Positions 43,405-52,729 of a stretch of DNA of 64,000 nucleotides are shown here, in pieces. Source of the stretch: Armatimonadota bacterium (GTDB taxonomy: Bacteria > Armatimonadota > Hebobacteria > CAIYQO01); the NCBI GenBank assembly GCA_038248345.1, contig JBBRXO010000001.1:1-64000 (forward strand). Direction: 5' to 3'. The notes under the pieces are model-generated. The model was given only the letters and a program-made list of their open reading frames with translations, did not search any database and was not told the origin of the DNA. A program made the translations under genes and the position numbers. The stretch's first letter is position 1. The number at the start of each line of letters is the position of its first letter.

Positions 43405-44175
43405 ATGCCTGAGTTTGATCTCACAAATTTTTCTACCGAAGAACGTGCACAAATTGCGTTGCTGGAACCGGAACGCATGCCACAGCATATTGCCGTCATC
43501 ATGGATGGCAATGGCCGCTGGGCCACGCGGCAGGGTCTCCCACGTGTCTTTGGTCACTCGGCAGGGGTAGAAAGTGTGCGGGCAATGTTCAATGCCTGTG
43601 ACGATCTGGGCATCCGATATATTACCCTCTACAGCTTCTCCACCGAAAACTGGTCACGTCCCGCTGATGAAATTGACGCGCTGATGAATCTGATTGATAT
43701 GCAGATGCGCTCCGAAGCGGAACATCTGCACCGCAAAAATGCACGTATCCGTCAACTAGGGCGAGTGGAAGGTTTGCCGGACATGCTGGTGGAGACGCTC
43801 CGCTATATTGAGGAGCTGACGAGCCAAAATACCGGTATCACTATTCAGTTCGCAATTAATTACAGCGGACGTGCTGAATTGCTCGATGCGGCGAAGAAGC
43901 TCACTCGTGCAGTAATTGCGGGCGAAGTAAATCCGGAGACACTGTCCGAGGAAGACCTGGCCGCAGCGCTCTACCGACCTGATGTGCCCGATCCTGATCT
44001 GGTGATCCGCACCGCCGGGGAGATGCGCGTGAGCAACTATCTGCTCTGGCAGATTGCATATTCTGAATTCTGGGTAACTCCGCTCTTCTGGCCGGAGTTC
44101 CGCGCACCACACCTGCTGGAAGCGTTGCTGAATTACCAGCAACGCAAGAGGAAATTCGGGGGAATATCAGCCTGA
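43405..44175 (+). CDS. uppS: Undecaprenyl diphosphate synthase
   Basis: HIAVIMDGNGRWA, FSTENW.R and DL.IRT.GE.R.SNYLLWQ motifs. Confidence 0.96.
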   Translation: MPEFDLTNFSTEERAQIALLEPERMPQHIAVIMDGNGRWATRQGLPRVFGHSAGVESVRAMFNACDDLGIRYITLYSFSTENWSRPADEIDALMNLIDMQMRSEAEHLHRKNARIRQLGRVEGLPDMLVETLRYIEELTSQNTGITIQFAINYSGRAELLDAAKKLTRAVIAGEVNPETLSEEDLAAALYRPDVPDPDLVIRTAGEMRVSNYLLWQIAYSEFWVTPLFWPEFRAPHLLEALLNYQQRKRKFGGISA

Positions 44176-45089
44176 TGCTCCGTAAACGAATTGTGGCCGC
44201 CTTGTTTGGCTTGCCGTTAATCTTTGTTTCGCTCTACTTTAATTTCTACCTGCGTGCGCACGGTAGTGTCGATGACTGGCCCCTTTTCGTCATCCTGATG
44301 GTTATTGGCGGCGCTAGCAGCTGGGAAGTTGCCAATGTAGTGCGCAACCGCTTCCCCGGCGCCAGCCTGTGGAATGGCCTCTATACGGCACTCCTCATCC
44401 CCTTCGTCGTCCACGCTATACGAGTACCGGAGGTATTCCCCGGAATTGTCGCAACCAACACCTCCCTCAGCGGCGCGGCAATACTAGTTGATTCTCTCGG
44501 CGCTACCGCAATGATCATGCTGCTTTTCCTCGGTGTCTGGGGTGATATTGAAAACCGTGGTAAAGATGGCATCAAAGAAAACCTGTGGATCATCAGCGGC
44601 GGGCTTTATATTGGCATTAACATATCGTTTATTCTGCTATTACAAGGGATGCTCTACCATGAACTCGGTGTAGCGATGCTCTTCATACTCGTCTTCGGGC
44701 TAGATACTGCAGCCTATTTCGTGGGCAAGCGGTTTGGTGGAATTAAACTATTCCCGAAATTAAGCCCGAAGAAAACTGTGGCGGGCGCGGTAGGCGGATT
44801 GATATTCGCGACGCTGATAGCATCGTTATTCCCCTTAATTCCGGCGATTGAGCGCTATGTACCCGCTTTTTCCATGCATATCAATTGGCCGCAAGCAATG
44901 CTCATCGGGGTAATCATCGGCATTATCGGGCAAGTAGGTGATCTGCTTGAATCGCTTTTCAAACGCTGGGGCGGGGTAAAGGACAGCGGCGCCGCTCTAC
45001 CCGGTCATGGTGGCTATCTGGATCGTTTTGATAGCCTCTTCCTGGCAGCTCCGGTATGCTATTTTCTTTTCATGGGGTTGGTCAAATAG
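44175..45089 (+). CDS. cdsA: Phosphatidate cytidylyltransferase
   Basis: DTAAYFVG, SPKKT..G and GDL.ES.FKR..GVKDSG..LPGHGG.LDRFD motifs. Confidence 0.95.
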   Translation: MLRKRIVAALFGLPLIFVSLYFNFYLRAHGSVDDWPLFVILMVIGGASSWEVANVVRNRFPGASLWNGLYTALLIPFVVHAIRVPEVFPGIVATNTSLSGAAILVDSLGATAMIMLLFLGVWGDIENRGKDGIKENLWIISGGLYIGINISFILLLQGMLYHELGVAMLFILVFGLDTAAYFVGKRFGGIKLFPKLSPKKTVAGAVGGLIFATLIASLFPLIPAIERYVPAFSMHINWPQAMLIGVIIGIIGQVGDLLESLFKRWGGVKDSGAALPGHGGYLDRFDSLFLAAPVCYFLFMGLVK

Positions 45090-45126
45090 CATCTACTCTA
45101 CAATAATCCTGCAAAGGGGCAATGAC

Positions 45127-45858
45127 ATGGCATTATGCGAGATGAAATATAACAGCAGTTCGCTGCAGAAACAAACTGGGATGTACGTGGTCATCCCCGA
45201 CGGGCAAGGACCATTCCGCGTTGTCTATCAACTGCATGGCCTCTCGGATGATTACAGCATGTGGTTACGGCGCACTAATATTGAGCGCTATGCCGAGAAT
45301 TACGGTTTAATGGTGGTCATGCCCGACGGCGGGCGTTCCTTCTATTCAGATATGGTAAACGGCACTGGCAACTATGAACAGCATATGCTGGAAACAGTGC
45401 AACTTGTTGACCGCATCTTCCCCACCGTAGCTGATGCCAGCGGACGCGCTATTGGCGGTCTCTCTATGGGTGGCTACGGTTGCATGAAGCTCGGTCTGAA
45501 ATACCCTGAAATCTTCAGTTCTATCGCTTCCCATTCCGGCGTATTGGATTTGAAGATGAATGAGGCCAAAGGCTTCGGCTGGGAGTTCAACGCCATCTTC
45601 GGCGAGAAACTTAGCGCGGAAAATGATTGTATGGCGTTGGCGGCACGGCCAACGGTGAAGCCGGCGATCTACTTTGATTGCGGGGTAGATGATTTCCTGA
45701 TCGAGAATAATCGCATTTTCCACAAAGAATTACTTAAGTTAAAGATCGAACACACATACCATGAATATCCCGGCGCTCACGAATGGGATTTCTGGGATAC
45801 GCATGTGCAGGAGGCATTCGCCTTCCACCTGGAACACCTGGGGAAAGTCACGGAATAA
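45127..45858 (+). CDS. Alpha/beta-hydrolase esterase (tributyrin esterase/S-formylglutathione hydrolase-like)
   Basis: LHGLSDD, GLSMGG nucleophile, DCG.DD and G.H.W.FW motifs. Confidence 0.88.
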   Translation: MALCEMKYNSSSLQKQTGMYVVIPDGQGPFRVVYQLHGLSDDYSMWLRRTNIERYAENYGLMVVMPDGGRSFYSDMVNGTGNYEQHMLETVQLVDRIFPTVADASGRAIGGLSMGGYGCMKLGLKYPEIFSSIASHSGVLDLKMNEAKGFGWEFNAIFGEKLSAENDCMALAARPTVKPAIYFDCGVDDFLIENNRIFHKELLKLKIEHTYHEYPGAHEWDFWDTHVQEAFAFHLEHLGKVTE

Positions 45859-45860
45859 CC

Positions 45861-46823
45861 ATGGGCAATAAACGCGCCATCGACTGGACACTGGCGGACA
45901 TCAAAGCGCTCCTGTCATCCAAGGAACAGGAGAACCTGATGCTGGAGTATAAATCCTCGCTGGCGATCGGTGAATGGACGGACTCCAAGCGCGATGAACT
46001 AGCGAAAGACCTGTGCGCCTTCGCCAACTCCGCGGGCGGCATCATCGTCATCGGAATCTGCGAAGAGAACCATCGCCCGGCGATAATCGACAGCGGCGTG
46101 GACACCTCCAAAGCCAGTAAAGAGGCAGTAGAATCGGCGCTGCAGGCGCGCATATCGCCACGCATTGATGACCTGACTATCAAAGAGATTCCTAACCCCG
46201 AAGCACCCGGCTTCTCGTACTATGTCTTTGGGATACCGCGCAGTCTGCGTGCCCCGCATATGTGCAACTCGTTCCACCGCTACTACAAACGCTATAACTT
46301 CGAGTGTGTGCCGATGGAACACTACGAGGTGGAGGATGTGCGCCGCCGTCAAAGTGAACCCGCGCTGAACTTCACCTGGGAGTGTCGCCACGAAACGTTA
46401 CCCAGCGGTGAGGAGATCGCCGCACTCTATGCCGGAGTGCATAATATGGGCAGCGTCACCGCGCAGGACGTACTGGTGCGCCTCTACCTGCCCCGCTGGG
46501 CGGTGCAGGATCATAACTGGGAGGCTGATGGCGTGTCACAGCACCAGGAGACCAGTTACGAAGGCATCGCCATGCACCGCTACGATGTTTATTTGCGTGA
46601 CAGCGCCGGCCCCATCCCCATCTTCCCCCACGACGACCAACCATACCTGATCACCTTCGATCCCACCTGGAACCGCCGCAACTTGCAACTGGTGAATCCA
46701 GCAAAAGCAGGGGGTGCCGACCACCCCGGCACCCACATGATAATACAACTCTTCGCCGTGAACATGCGTATGAAGCGCATAGAAATCCCCCTGACGGCAG
46801 TATGGAGTAGGAAACAACGGTAG
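45861..46823 (+). CDS. Schlafen/AlbA_2-domain protein with a C-terminal Ig-like domain
   Basis: E...LEYK, KD..AFANS.GG.I.IGI.E and PH......YYKR motifs. The C-terminus is beta-rich with N.G...A.DV.VRL. Confidence 0.8.
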   Translation: MGNKRAIDWTLADIKALLSSKEQENLMLEYKSSLAIGEWTDSKRDELAKDLCAFANSAGGIIVIGICEENHRPAIIDSGVDTSKASKEAVESALQARISPRIDDLTIKEIPNPEAPGFSYYVFGIPRSLRAPHMCNSFHRYYKRYNFECVPMEHYEVEDVRRRQSEPALNFTWECRHETLPSGEEIAALYAGVHNMGSVTAQDVLVRLYLPRWAVQDHNWEADGVSQHQETSYEGIAMHRYDVYLRDSAGPIPIFPHDDQPYLITFDPTWNRRNLQLVNPAKAGGADHPGTHMIIQLFAVNMRMKRIEIPLTAVWSRKQR

Positions 46824-46857
46824 GATTCCAGGAGTATCGTTTATAGCGCCCGTCCTG

Positions 46858-46990
46858 TTCGCCCAGCCGTGAACGACTGGGCTAGCGGGCTACGCCGATC
46901 GTCCTTCGGGTGGGGACGATTGCCCTTAACCGTCCCACCCGAATGGTGATCGGCCGAAGGCCCTCCAGCTAGGTCGTTCATGGCCAAGCT
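46858..46990. repeat. Long imperfect palindrome between convergent genes
   Basis: Nested inverted segments GCCGTGAACGAC/GTCGTTCATGGC, CCGATC/GATCGG and TTCGGGTGGG/CCCACCCGAA. Confidence 0.55.
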
Positions 46991-47038
46991 AGGGAGGACG
47001 GCTCGTCAATAAAAACGATACTCCTGATAGGATTCCCG

Positions 47039-47545
47039 TTATCTCCCCTTATGCGCCTGTGCACATGCTACATACTCGCGTGAGTTCTCAGCAATATGTG
47101 CCTGCTGTTCGGGAGTTAGCTGTTTTAGCACTTTGCCGGGGAGGCCTACTACCAGGCTGCCGGGGGGGATGATCATATTCTCACGCACCAGGGTACCGGC
47201 ACCCACCAGGCTCCCGGCGCCCACCACCGCGCCATTAAGAACAATGGCACCCATACCGATGAGAGCGCCATCTTCGATGGTGCAACCGTGGATTACGGCG
47301 TTGTGACCGATGGTGACATCCGCGCCGATGACACAGGGGATATCGGGATCGACGTGAATGCTGGCGTTCTCCTGCACGTTGCTGCCACGGCCAATGGTAA
47401 TAGTGGCCATATCGCCGCGCACGCAGGCGCCATACCAGATGCTGACATCCTCACCCAGCACCACATCGCCGATGACAGTGGCGGTAGGGGCGACGAAAAC
47501 TGACTCAGGCATCGCCGGAGTAGTGACGTTAAATTTTATGGGCAT
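47039..47545 (-). CDS. Gamma carbonic anhydrase family (YrdA/PaaY-like) protein
   Basis: Hexapeptide repeats, RGD, NVQ.N..IH and TIGH.A.IHGC motifs. Confidence 0.92.
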   Translation of the reverse strand: MPIKFNVTTPAMPESVFVAPTATVIGDVVLGEDVSIWYGACVRGDMATITIGRGSNVQENASIHVDPDIPCVIGADVTIGHNAVIHGCTIEDGALIGMGAIVLNGAVVGAGSLVGAGTLVRENMIIPPGSLVVGLPGKVLKQLTPEQQAHIAENSREYVACAQAHKGR

Positions 47546-47554
47546 GTTTTTACC

Positions 47555-49081
47555 TCAATAATTAAAATTGACGGAGTTGCGCTGAAAGTCTCCCACCCGT
47601 GCGGTGCCGTTTATTATCTCCACATGCCGCCGATCGAGGTGGCGGGCGTCGGGCCAGTCGTTCATCCTATCGTTGGTGATAATTATCGCCCCCAGTCGCC
47701 GGGCTTCTTTAATGAGCGTCTCATCTGCGCTGGTGCCCGCCTCGGTCATGATGATATCACCACGCTCTACGAGTTGCAGGAAGAGGTCGGGATTATCGAT
47801 CTGGTGCGGCAGACTGGCGTCAGCGTAGATGAGCACTGGAAAGTAACCCTCGGCCCAGGCGGACTGCTGCACCTGCCCTAGATATGCCAGTCGCGCCCGC
47901 TTATCTTTATTCATGTTGGCGACGTTGCTCCCATCAATCAGCGCAGGGCGCAACGGGCCGCGCAGCACCGCCTCGGGTATTTGCACTCGCGCCAGCTCTG
48001 CCAATGCTGTGCGCTCCAACGGGGCGGTGAGACGTGTGAGCGCATCACGGATCTCATCCACCACCTTCTGGTTGTTACTGACAAAGGCAGCTTTAACCTG
48101 GCGTAACGGGTAGCTCTTCTTCCCGCGTGTGGTCGGAAGTTCGATTGCCGGTTCCGCTTTCTTTGCCGCTACCTTCACTACTGGCGTCACTGCTACAGCA
48201 GCTACTTTTCCACTGGCGGAGGATGACGAAGGTGATACCGACAGCTCTAACCCCCGTTGCAACAGCGCGATAGCTTCGGCCACCACTTTAGCAGCTGCAC
48301 TATTCAACGCTGCTGGTGCAGCAGGCTGTGAAGACTCGGCAACTTTCTTCTCTGCCGCGCGCAGTTGTTTACGCAACTCCTGCGCCTCTTCTTCGGCCTT
48401 CTTCGCGCGGCGCGTCTCTCGTTCCAGCTTCTCCTTGGCAACCTTCGTCGCTTCATTCAGCTTCCGCTGGATCTCCTCACTATGCTTTTCGGCTATTGTG
48501 ATGGCATTTTTCTGTCTATCAATCTCGGTTCGTTGTTTAGCCAGCTGCTGCTGCGTCTCCAGCAGTTGCTTTTGCAACGTGACGATCTGCGCACGAGCGG
48601 CGACATCATTTGCTTGGGACGGTAAAGATGAAAAAACAGGTTTTTTTACTAGCGGCGCTGCCGATATAACTTTCACCTTATCCAGCTTTTCTGCCCAGAT
48701 GACCACCTCATCGCGAGCGTCACAAAGAAGTGCAAAACGTAGCGTCGCCTCACCATGTTCGGTAGCTAATGCTGACAACGATTCCCCGTCGACGATAAAT
48801 TCGTCAGACTCCAGCGTCGCCAAGAGATCAACATTGGCTTCATCCCAAATCTTCCGCAACTCCTGTGCCATCTCCGGTAATTTTCCGAGTTCCTGCTTCA
48901 GGCGCGTGCGAATCACCGGATTCTTCAGCGAGTTATCCCGTACTGTGAAACCGTGGAATATTGTTTGGGCGAAGAGAGCATCACCCTTGATGAACTCCAG
49001 CAACACCCGCGGAGGCAGGCTATCGAGGAGCGCGGTAATCTGGGCAGGAGTCATCTTATCGGCATTGGCATCTGCATTCAT
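47555..49081 (-). CDS. Coiled-coil protein with a C-terminal NYN/Zc3h12a-like (PIN) ribonuclease domain
   Basis: LIDGSNVA, AD..LI..A and IITND...DW motifs. Long central coiled coil. Confidence 0.72.
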   Translation of the reverse strand: MNADANADKMTPAQITALLDSLPPRVLLEFIKGDALFAQTIFHGFTVRDNSLKNPVIRTRLKQELGKLPEMAQELRKIWDEANVDLLATLESDEFIVDGESLSALATEHGEATLRFALLCDARDEVVIWAEKLDKVKVISAAPLVKKPVFSSLPSQANDVAARAQIVTLQKQLLETQQQLAKQRTEIDRQKNAITIAEKHSEEIQRKLNEATKVAKEKLERETRRAKKAEEEAQELRKQLRAAEKKVAESSQPAAPAALNSAAAKVVAEAIALLQRGLELSVSPSSSSASGKVAAVAVTPVVKVAAKKAEPAIELPTTRGKKSYPLRQVKAAFVSNNQKVVDEIRDALTRLTAPLERTALAELARVQIPEAVLRGPLRPALIDGSNVANMNKDKRARLAYLGQVQQSAWAEGYFPVLIYADASLPHQIDNPDLFLQLVERGDIIMTEAGTSADETLIKEARRLGAIIITNDRMNDWPDARHLDRRHVEIINGTARVGDFQRNSVNFNY

Positions 49082-49185
49082 ACGTCAAGTATAGCCCTTT
49101 TTCGGCGCACTCTCAATAATTAAGAGGGATAAACTGCCATTTGTGGAATATTTACAGTACTTCAGCAACAGGAATGACATTCATT

Positions 49186-50097
49186 ATGAGTAAACAAGAC
49201 TATTATGCATTACTAGATGTACCGCGCACGGCCACCGCAGCGGATATCGTCCAGGCTTTTCGCAGCAAAGCTATGGCGCTGCATCCTGACCGCAACAAGG
49301 ATAATCCAGATGCAACAAAGCTTTTCAAGCTTGTCACGCAGGCTTATCACACCTTGACTGACCCGGTACTGCGCACAAAATATGATGCGTCGCTCCCTGT
49401 GGAAATTGTCGCCCCCGCGCGCATCAGCTTCACTATTGCAGAACTGTGGAAGATAACCGGCAAGCTCTACCTTGATCGCTCAACCAGATACACCAAGGCC
49501 GTGGACGCTCTGCAAAAGAGCATCCCAATTGTTATCGATGAAGATTCAGGGGTATTGATTGTCGGATTTGAACCGGTAAATGCCATGTATATCGGCTATC
49601 TGGAATCATCAGAGACACACAATACAGTGAAGGCGATCCTTACGGAAGTATACGGAAAATCACTCGATTTCCGTATTATCACCGGAACCACGCTGCTGGA
49701 CTATCAACAATTGAAAGATGCGGAGGGCAGGTTGGCAAAACGCCAGCAAAGCGGCAGCATCGACAGCAAAATATTGGGAAAAGCTCCTGTCAGCTCCACT
49801 CCAGTCACCACTCTCCCCGTTTCTACCCCACCAGGAAATTGGGCGGAGCTCCAAGAATCAATCGCGGCGGCGTGGACAGCTACCCAACTTCGTGAATTCC
49901 CCCAGATAAAAGCGGCATTCGCGCTAAAGCAACTCCCCGCTTTGATACAACTGGAAAAGCAAACCGAAGTATCCGAACAGCAGGCAGAAGTACAACGCAA
50001 AGTAGCCCGCATCCTCAAACAAATCGCCACCCTGGCCGGTATCGACGCAACAGTTCTGGCAATGGAGTACGTGCAGTATAAGTCGAGGATAATTTAG
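49186..50097 (+). CDS. J-domain (DnaJ-type) protein with uncharacterised C-terminal domains
   Basis: DYY.LL.V...A....I..AFR..A...HPD.N...F..V..AY.TL.D...R..YD. Confidence 0.85.
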   Translation: MSKQDYYALLDVPRTATAADIVQAFRSKAMALHPDRNKDNPDATKLFKLVTQAYHTLTDPVLRTKYDASLPVEIVAPARISFTIAELWKITGKLYLDRSTRYTKAVDALQKSIPIVIDEDSGVLIVGFEPVNAMYIGYLESSETHNTVKAILTEVYGKSLDFRIITGTTLLDYQQLKDAEGRLAKRQQSGSIDSKILGKAPVSSTPVTTLPVSTPPGNWAELQESIAAAWTATQLREFPQIKAAFALKQLPALIQLEKQTEVSEQQAEVQRKVARILKQIATLAGIDATVLAMEYVQYKSRII

Positions 50098-50117
50098 GTC
50101 TTTAGGACGGAGTTATA

Positions 50118-50471
50118 ATGTCGTCATTCAAAGAATTGCTGGTTTGGAAGCAGGCGATTTGATTAGCCAAAGAGTGCTATATATTTACACGCACATTTCC
50201 CAAAGAAGAATTGTATGGTATGACCAGTCAAATCCGCCGAGCTGCAGTTTCAATTCCGGCCAACATTGCCGAGGGTAGCGCCAGAGGGACGCAGAAGGAT
50301 TTCGCTCAATTTCTTCATATAGCGCAAGGTAGCCTCCGAGAATTAGAAACACACTTGCTACTCTGTATTGAGATAGAGTTAGTCAAAAAAGAATGTCTCA
50401 TCCAAATATTTGAGCATATTGAATCTGTATCGATATTACTTCGAAAATTAATCAATTCAACACAAAAGTAG
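50118..50471 (+). pseudogene. Four-helix-bundle protein (23S rRNA IVP family) gene with an in-frame TGA at codon 15
   Basis: Reads MSSFKELLVWKQAI*LAKECY..T..FPKEELYGMTSQIRRAAVSIPANIAEG. The TGA is at 50160-50162 and the frame continues through it. GGAG RBS. Confidence 0.82.
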
Positions 50472-50517
50472 GTCTGTTCGCAACTAAAATCGCGAACAGA
50501 CCTAAAGACCTAAAGAC

Positions 50518-51117
50518 CTATCTTGATTTTTTCTTCTTCTCGCGACGTGCTTTCTCGCGTCGCATGCGAATTGCGCTCACTCTAGGCTCAATTGATTCTA
50601 TCAGCTCAGTCAATTGCTCTTTGAATTCTGCTACGTTGGCGGGTTGGCCCATTTGTCCGCCCGCTTCCTTCAGCATGGAGGCCAGCATGGGGTCAGAGCC
50701 GGAGAGCGCCAGCGCTTTGTTGGCTGCAGAGAGGGCCTCGGGTAATTTGCCCGCAGATTGCAGAAAATTAGCTCGCATAAAGAAGATGTAGGCACTGTCC
50801 GGTGCATGTTTCATCACACCTTCAAAACGCGCTAACGCTTCCTGCTTACGTCCGGCCTGTAACAAACCGGGGAGATTCTTTAACTGACTTTCCTGCTTCT
50901 GGTAGTATTTATTGAATTTGTAGTATTGGATAAGCGGTTTCAGTCCGATATAGAGAAAGATACCCAAACCGATGAGAATGACGAGGAATATTCCCAAACC
51001 GAGAGCACCCCATGTATGGATGAGCGCATACCCGCCCCAACTTATCAAGCCGAGGACAACAGCGGCGGCCAAGGCCGTTAAAGTAATAATCGCCCAACGT
51101 GGCAGACGTGACTGCAT
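50518..51117 (-). CDS. Membrane protein with two TMs and a TPR-like helical domain
   Basis: Two hydrophobic helices and a TPR-like segment (G...EAL....KAL). Confidence 0.6.
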   Translation of the reverse strand: MQSRLPRWAIITLTALAAAVVLGLISWGGYALIHTWGALGLGIFLVILIGLGIFLYIGLKPLIQYYKFNKYYQKQESQLKNLPGLLQAGRKQEALARFEGVMKHAPDSAYIFFMRANFLQSAGKLPEALSAANKALALSGSDPMLASMLKEAGGQMGQPANVAEFKEQLTELIESIEPRVSAIRMRREKARREKKKKSR

Positions 51118-51188
51118 ACTGGTAATCCACCTTCTGAATTTAATAAGAAAATTCGCAGCAACGACTGCGCTTGAACATTATACACGAA

Positions 51189-52394
51189 TCAGGCATCTTC
51201 CGGCGATATTTGCTTTGCTGCTATTTCGCCAAGGATCGTATCAGCTACCTCGTAAATAGCATCAGTATTCTTAATCCGCTTCATCTGCTGCTTCATCTGC
51301 TGATAGGAGTCGGAATTATTGAGCAATTTCGCGACCAGCCCGGGCAGTTCTTTATAGCTGGTATATGCCTGCGCTACCCCTTCGCGCACGGCAAATTGCA
51401 GATTGCCCAGTTCCTGAGGCATGGGGGTAGATACGTGGTCGAGTAGCATCGGTAATTCCTTGATTACCGCCTCCATGATAAAGCCGGGGCCGGGTTTGGC
51501 GATCATCATATCTGCCGCCGTCATCAACTTGGCAACTTTGCGCGTGAAACCATAGACGCGCATACGCCCGCCCGAGCAGCGCGAGAGTAGTCGCATCTTG
51601 CGCTCCAGGCTCTTATTCATACCGCAAATTACCAATAATTGCATGGGGAGATCACTCTGCAATAACTCTTTCACCGCGGCCTTAGTTTTGCGCGGGATAG
51701 CCATGCCCCCCATTGAAATCAATATCGTAAAGATGTCCGGTTTCAACCGAAGTTCCTGCCGACACTCAGCTTTTGTGGTAGTATCCATAAAAAAGGCTGG
51801 CCCCACGGCAAATCCGGGATGTACGACTATTTTCTCTTCCGGCACGCCAAAGGTAATCATCTGCGCTTTAGCCATATCGGTGAAAGTTATGATCTTTGTT
51901 GCCTCGGCATTGGCCCAGCCTTTGAGGAAATTATTGGTCAGATCAGTGCAGACAATGACGTAGGGCACGCGCCCATACCAGCCCAGCTCTTTGAATGCCT
52001 TGAGTAGCGCATGATTGACAATTGGATGAACAGATACCACGATATCCGGTGCTTCTGCCTGCAACGCTTTGACAATATTTTTAATTGCATTAGGGAAGAA
52101 TGGCATGATCGCTTTTTCCGCATGCAGTGCATTCAGCAACGTCATTCCCGGACGGGCATAACGTGGGCTGGCTTTAAGCATCAGGTTATAGCTGTCGTAG
52201 AGCATCGTTACCGGCTTGCTTCCACTGGCTACTGCGATGTTGAACAGGGATATTTCATACTTCCCGGGGTGACGCTCATTTATCGCCGCTTCGATGGCCC
52301 GTGCCGCGCTCAAATGACCACCGCCGGTATTGGCGTACACTAATACAATCTTTTTCTTCTTTATTGCTGTCAGCTCTGAAGTAATCTCTGTCAT
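51189..52394 (-). CDS. MGDG synthase/UgtP-like diacylglycerol glycosyltransferase (GT28)
   Basis: TGGGH..AA.AI, SVHP, CTD, GFT.....LM.AAD..I.KPG and PQE..N motifs. Confidence 0.85.
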   Translation of the reverse strand: MTEITSELTAIKKKKIVLVYANTGGGHLSAARAIEAAINERHPGKYEISLFNIAVASGSKPVTMLYDSYNLMLKASPRYARPGMTLLNALHAEKAIMPFFPNAIKNIVKALQAEAPDIVVSVHPIVNHALLKAFKELGWYGRVPYVIVCTDLTNNFLKGWANAEATKIITFTDMAKAQMITFGVPEEKIVVHPGFAVGPAFFMDTTTKAECRQELRLKPDIFTILISMGGMAIPRKTKAAVKELLQSDLPMQLLVICGMNKSLERKMRLLSRCSGGRMRVYGFTRKVAKLMTAADMMIAKPGPGFIMEAVIKELPMLLDHVSTPMPQELGNLQFAVREGVAQAYTSYKELPGLVAKLLNNSDSYQQMKQQMKRIKNTDAIYEVADTILGEIAAKQISPEDA

Positions 52395-52446
52395 TTCAAC
52401 TTTACCTTCATAGGTATCAGTAATTGCATAACATATTGAATTCAGA

Positions 52447-52597
52447 CCTGGGGCGGTGCCCCAGGCTATCGAATGTTTGCCCTTCAGGCAAAGTCCGATC
52501 CGATAAATATAATTTTTACAGCCTCAAAGCAAGCATGTTATGCACAATATACCATTCCATTGTGATTGCCTGAAGGGCAATAGGTCGATAGCCTAGG
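52447..52597. repeat. Inverted repeat element (REP/MITE-like)
   Basis: AGGCTATCGA...TTGCCCTTCAGGCAA (52463-52491) is inverted at TTGCCTGAAGGGCAA...TCGATAGCCT (52566-52594), plus a CCTGGGGC/GCCCCAGG hairpin. Confidence 0.6.
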
Positions 52598-52675
52598 GAC
52601 TGATTGGATGCGAAACATTAAACCTAAGGGTTTTACAACTAGCTCTTTCATAGAATTTTACCCGATAATACACTA

Positions 52676-52709
52676 ACGCGCGCGGCAGATATGGCTACCG
52701 CGCGCGTTG
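52676..52709 (-). terminator. Hairpin after the HEAT-repeat gene
   Basis: AACGCGCGCGG/CCGCGCGCGTT stem. Confidence 0.5.
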
Positions 52710-52729
52710 AGATTCATGCCTTAGAAATA

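Noticed and set aside
50160..50162. Selenocysteine codon
   Set aside because: The position is not a Cys site in this family and I see no convincing SECIS. A nonsense mutation is more likely.
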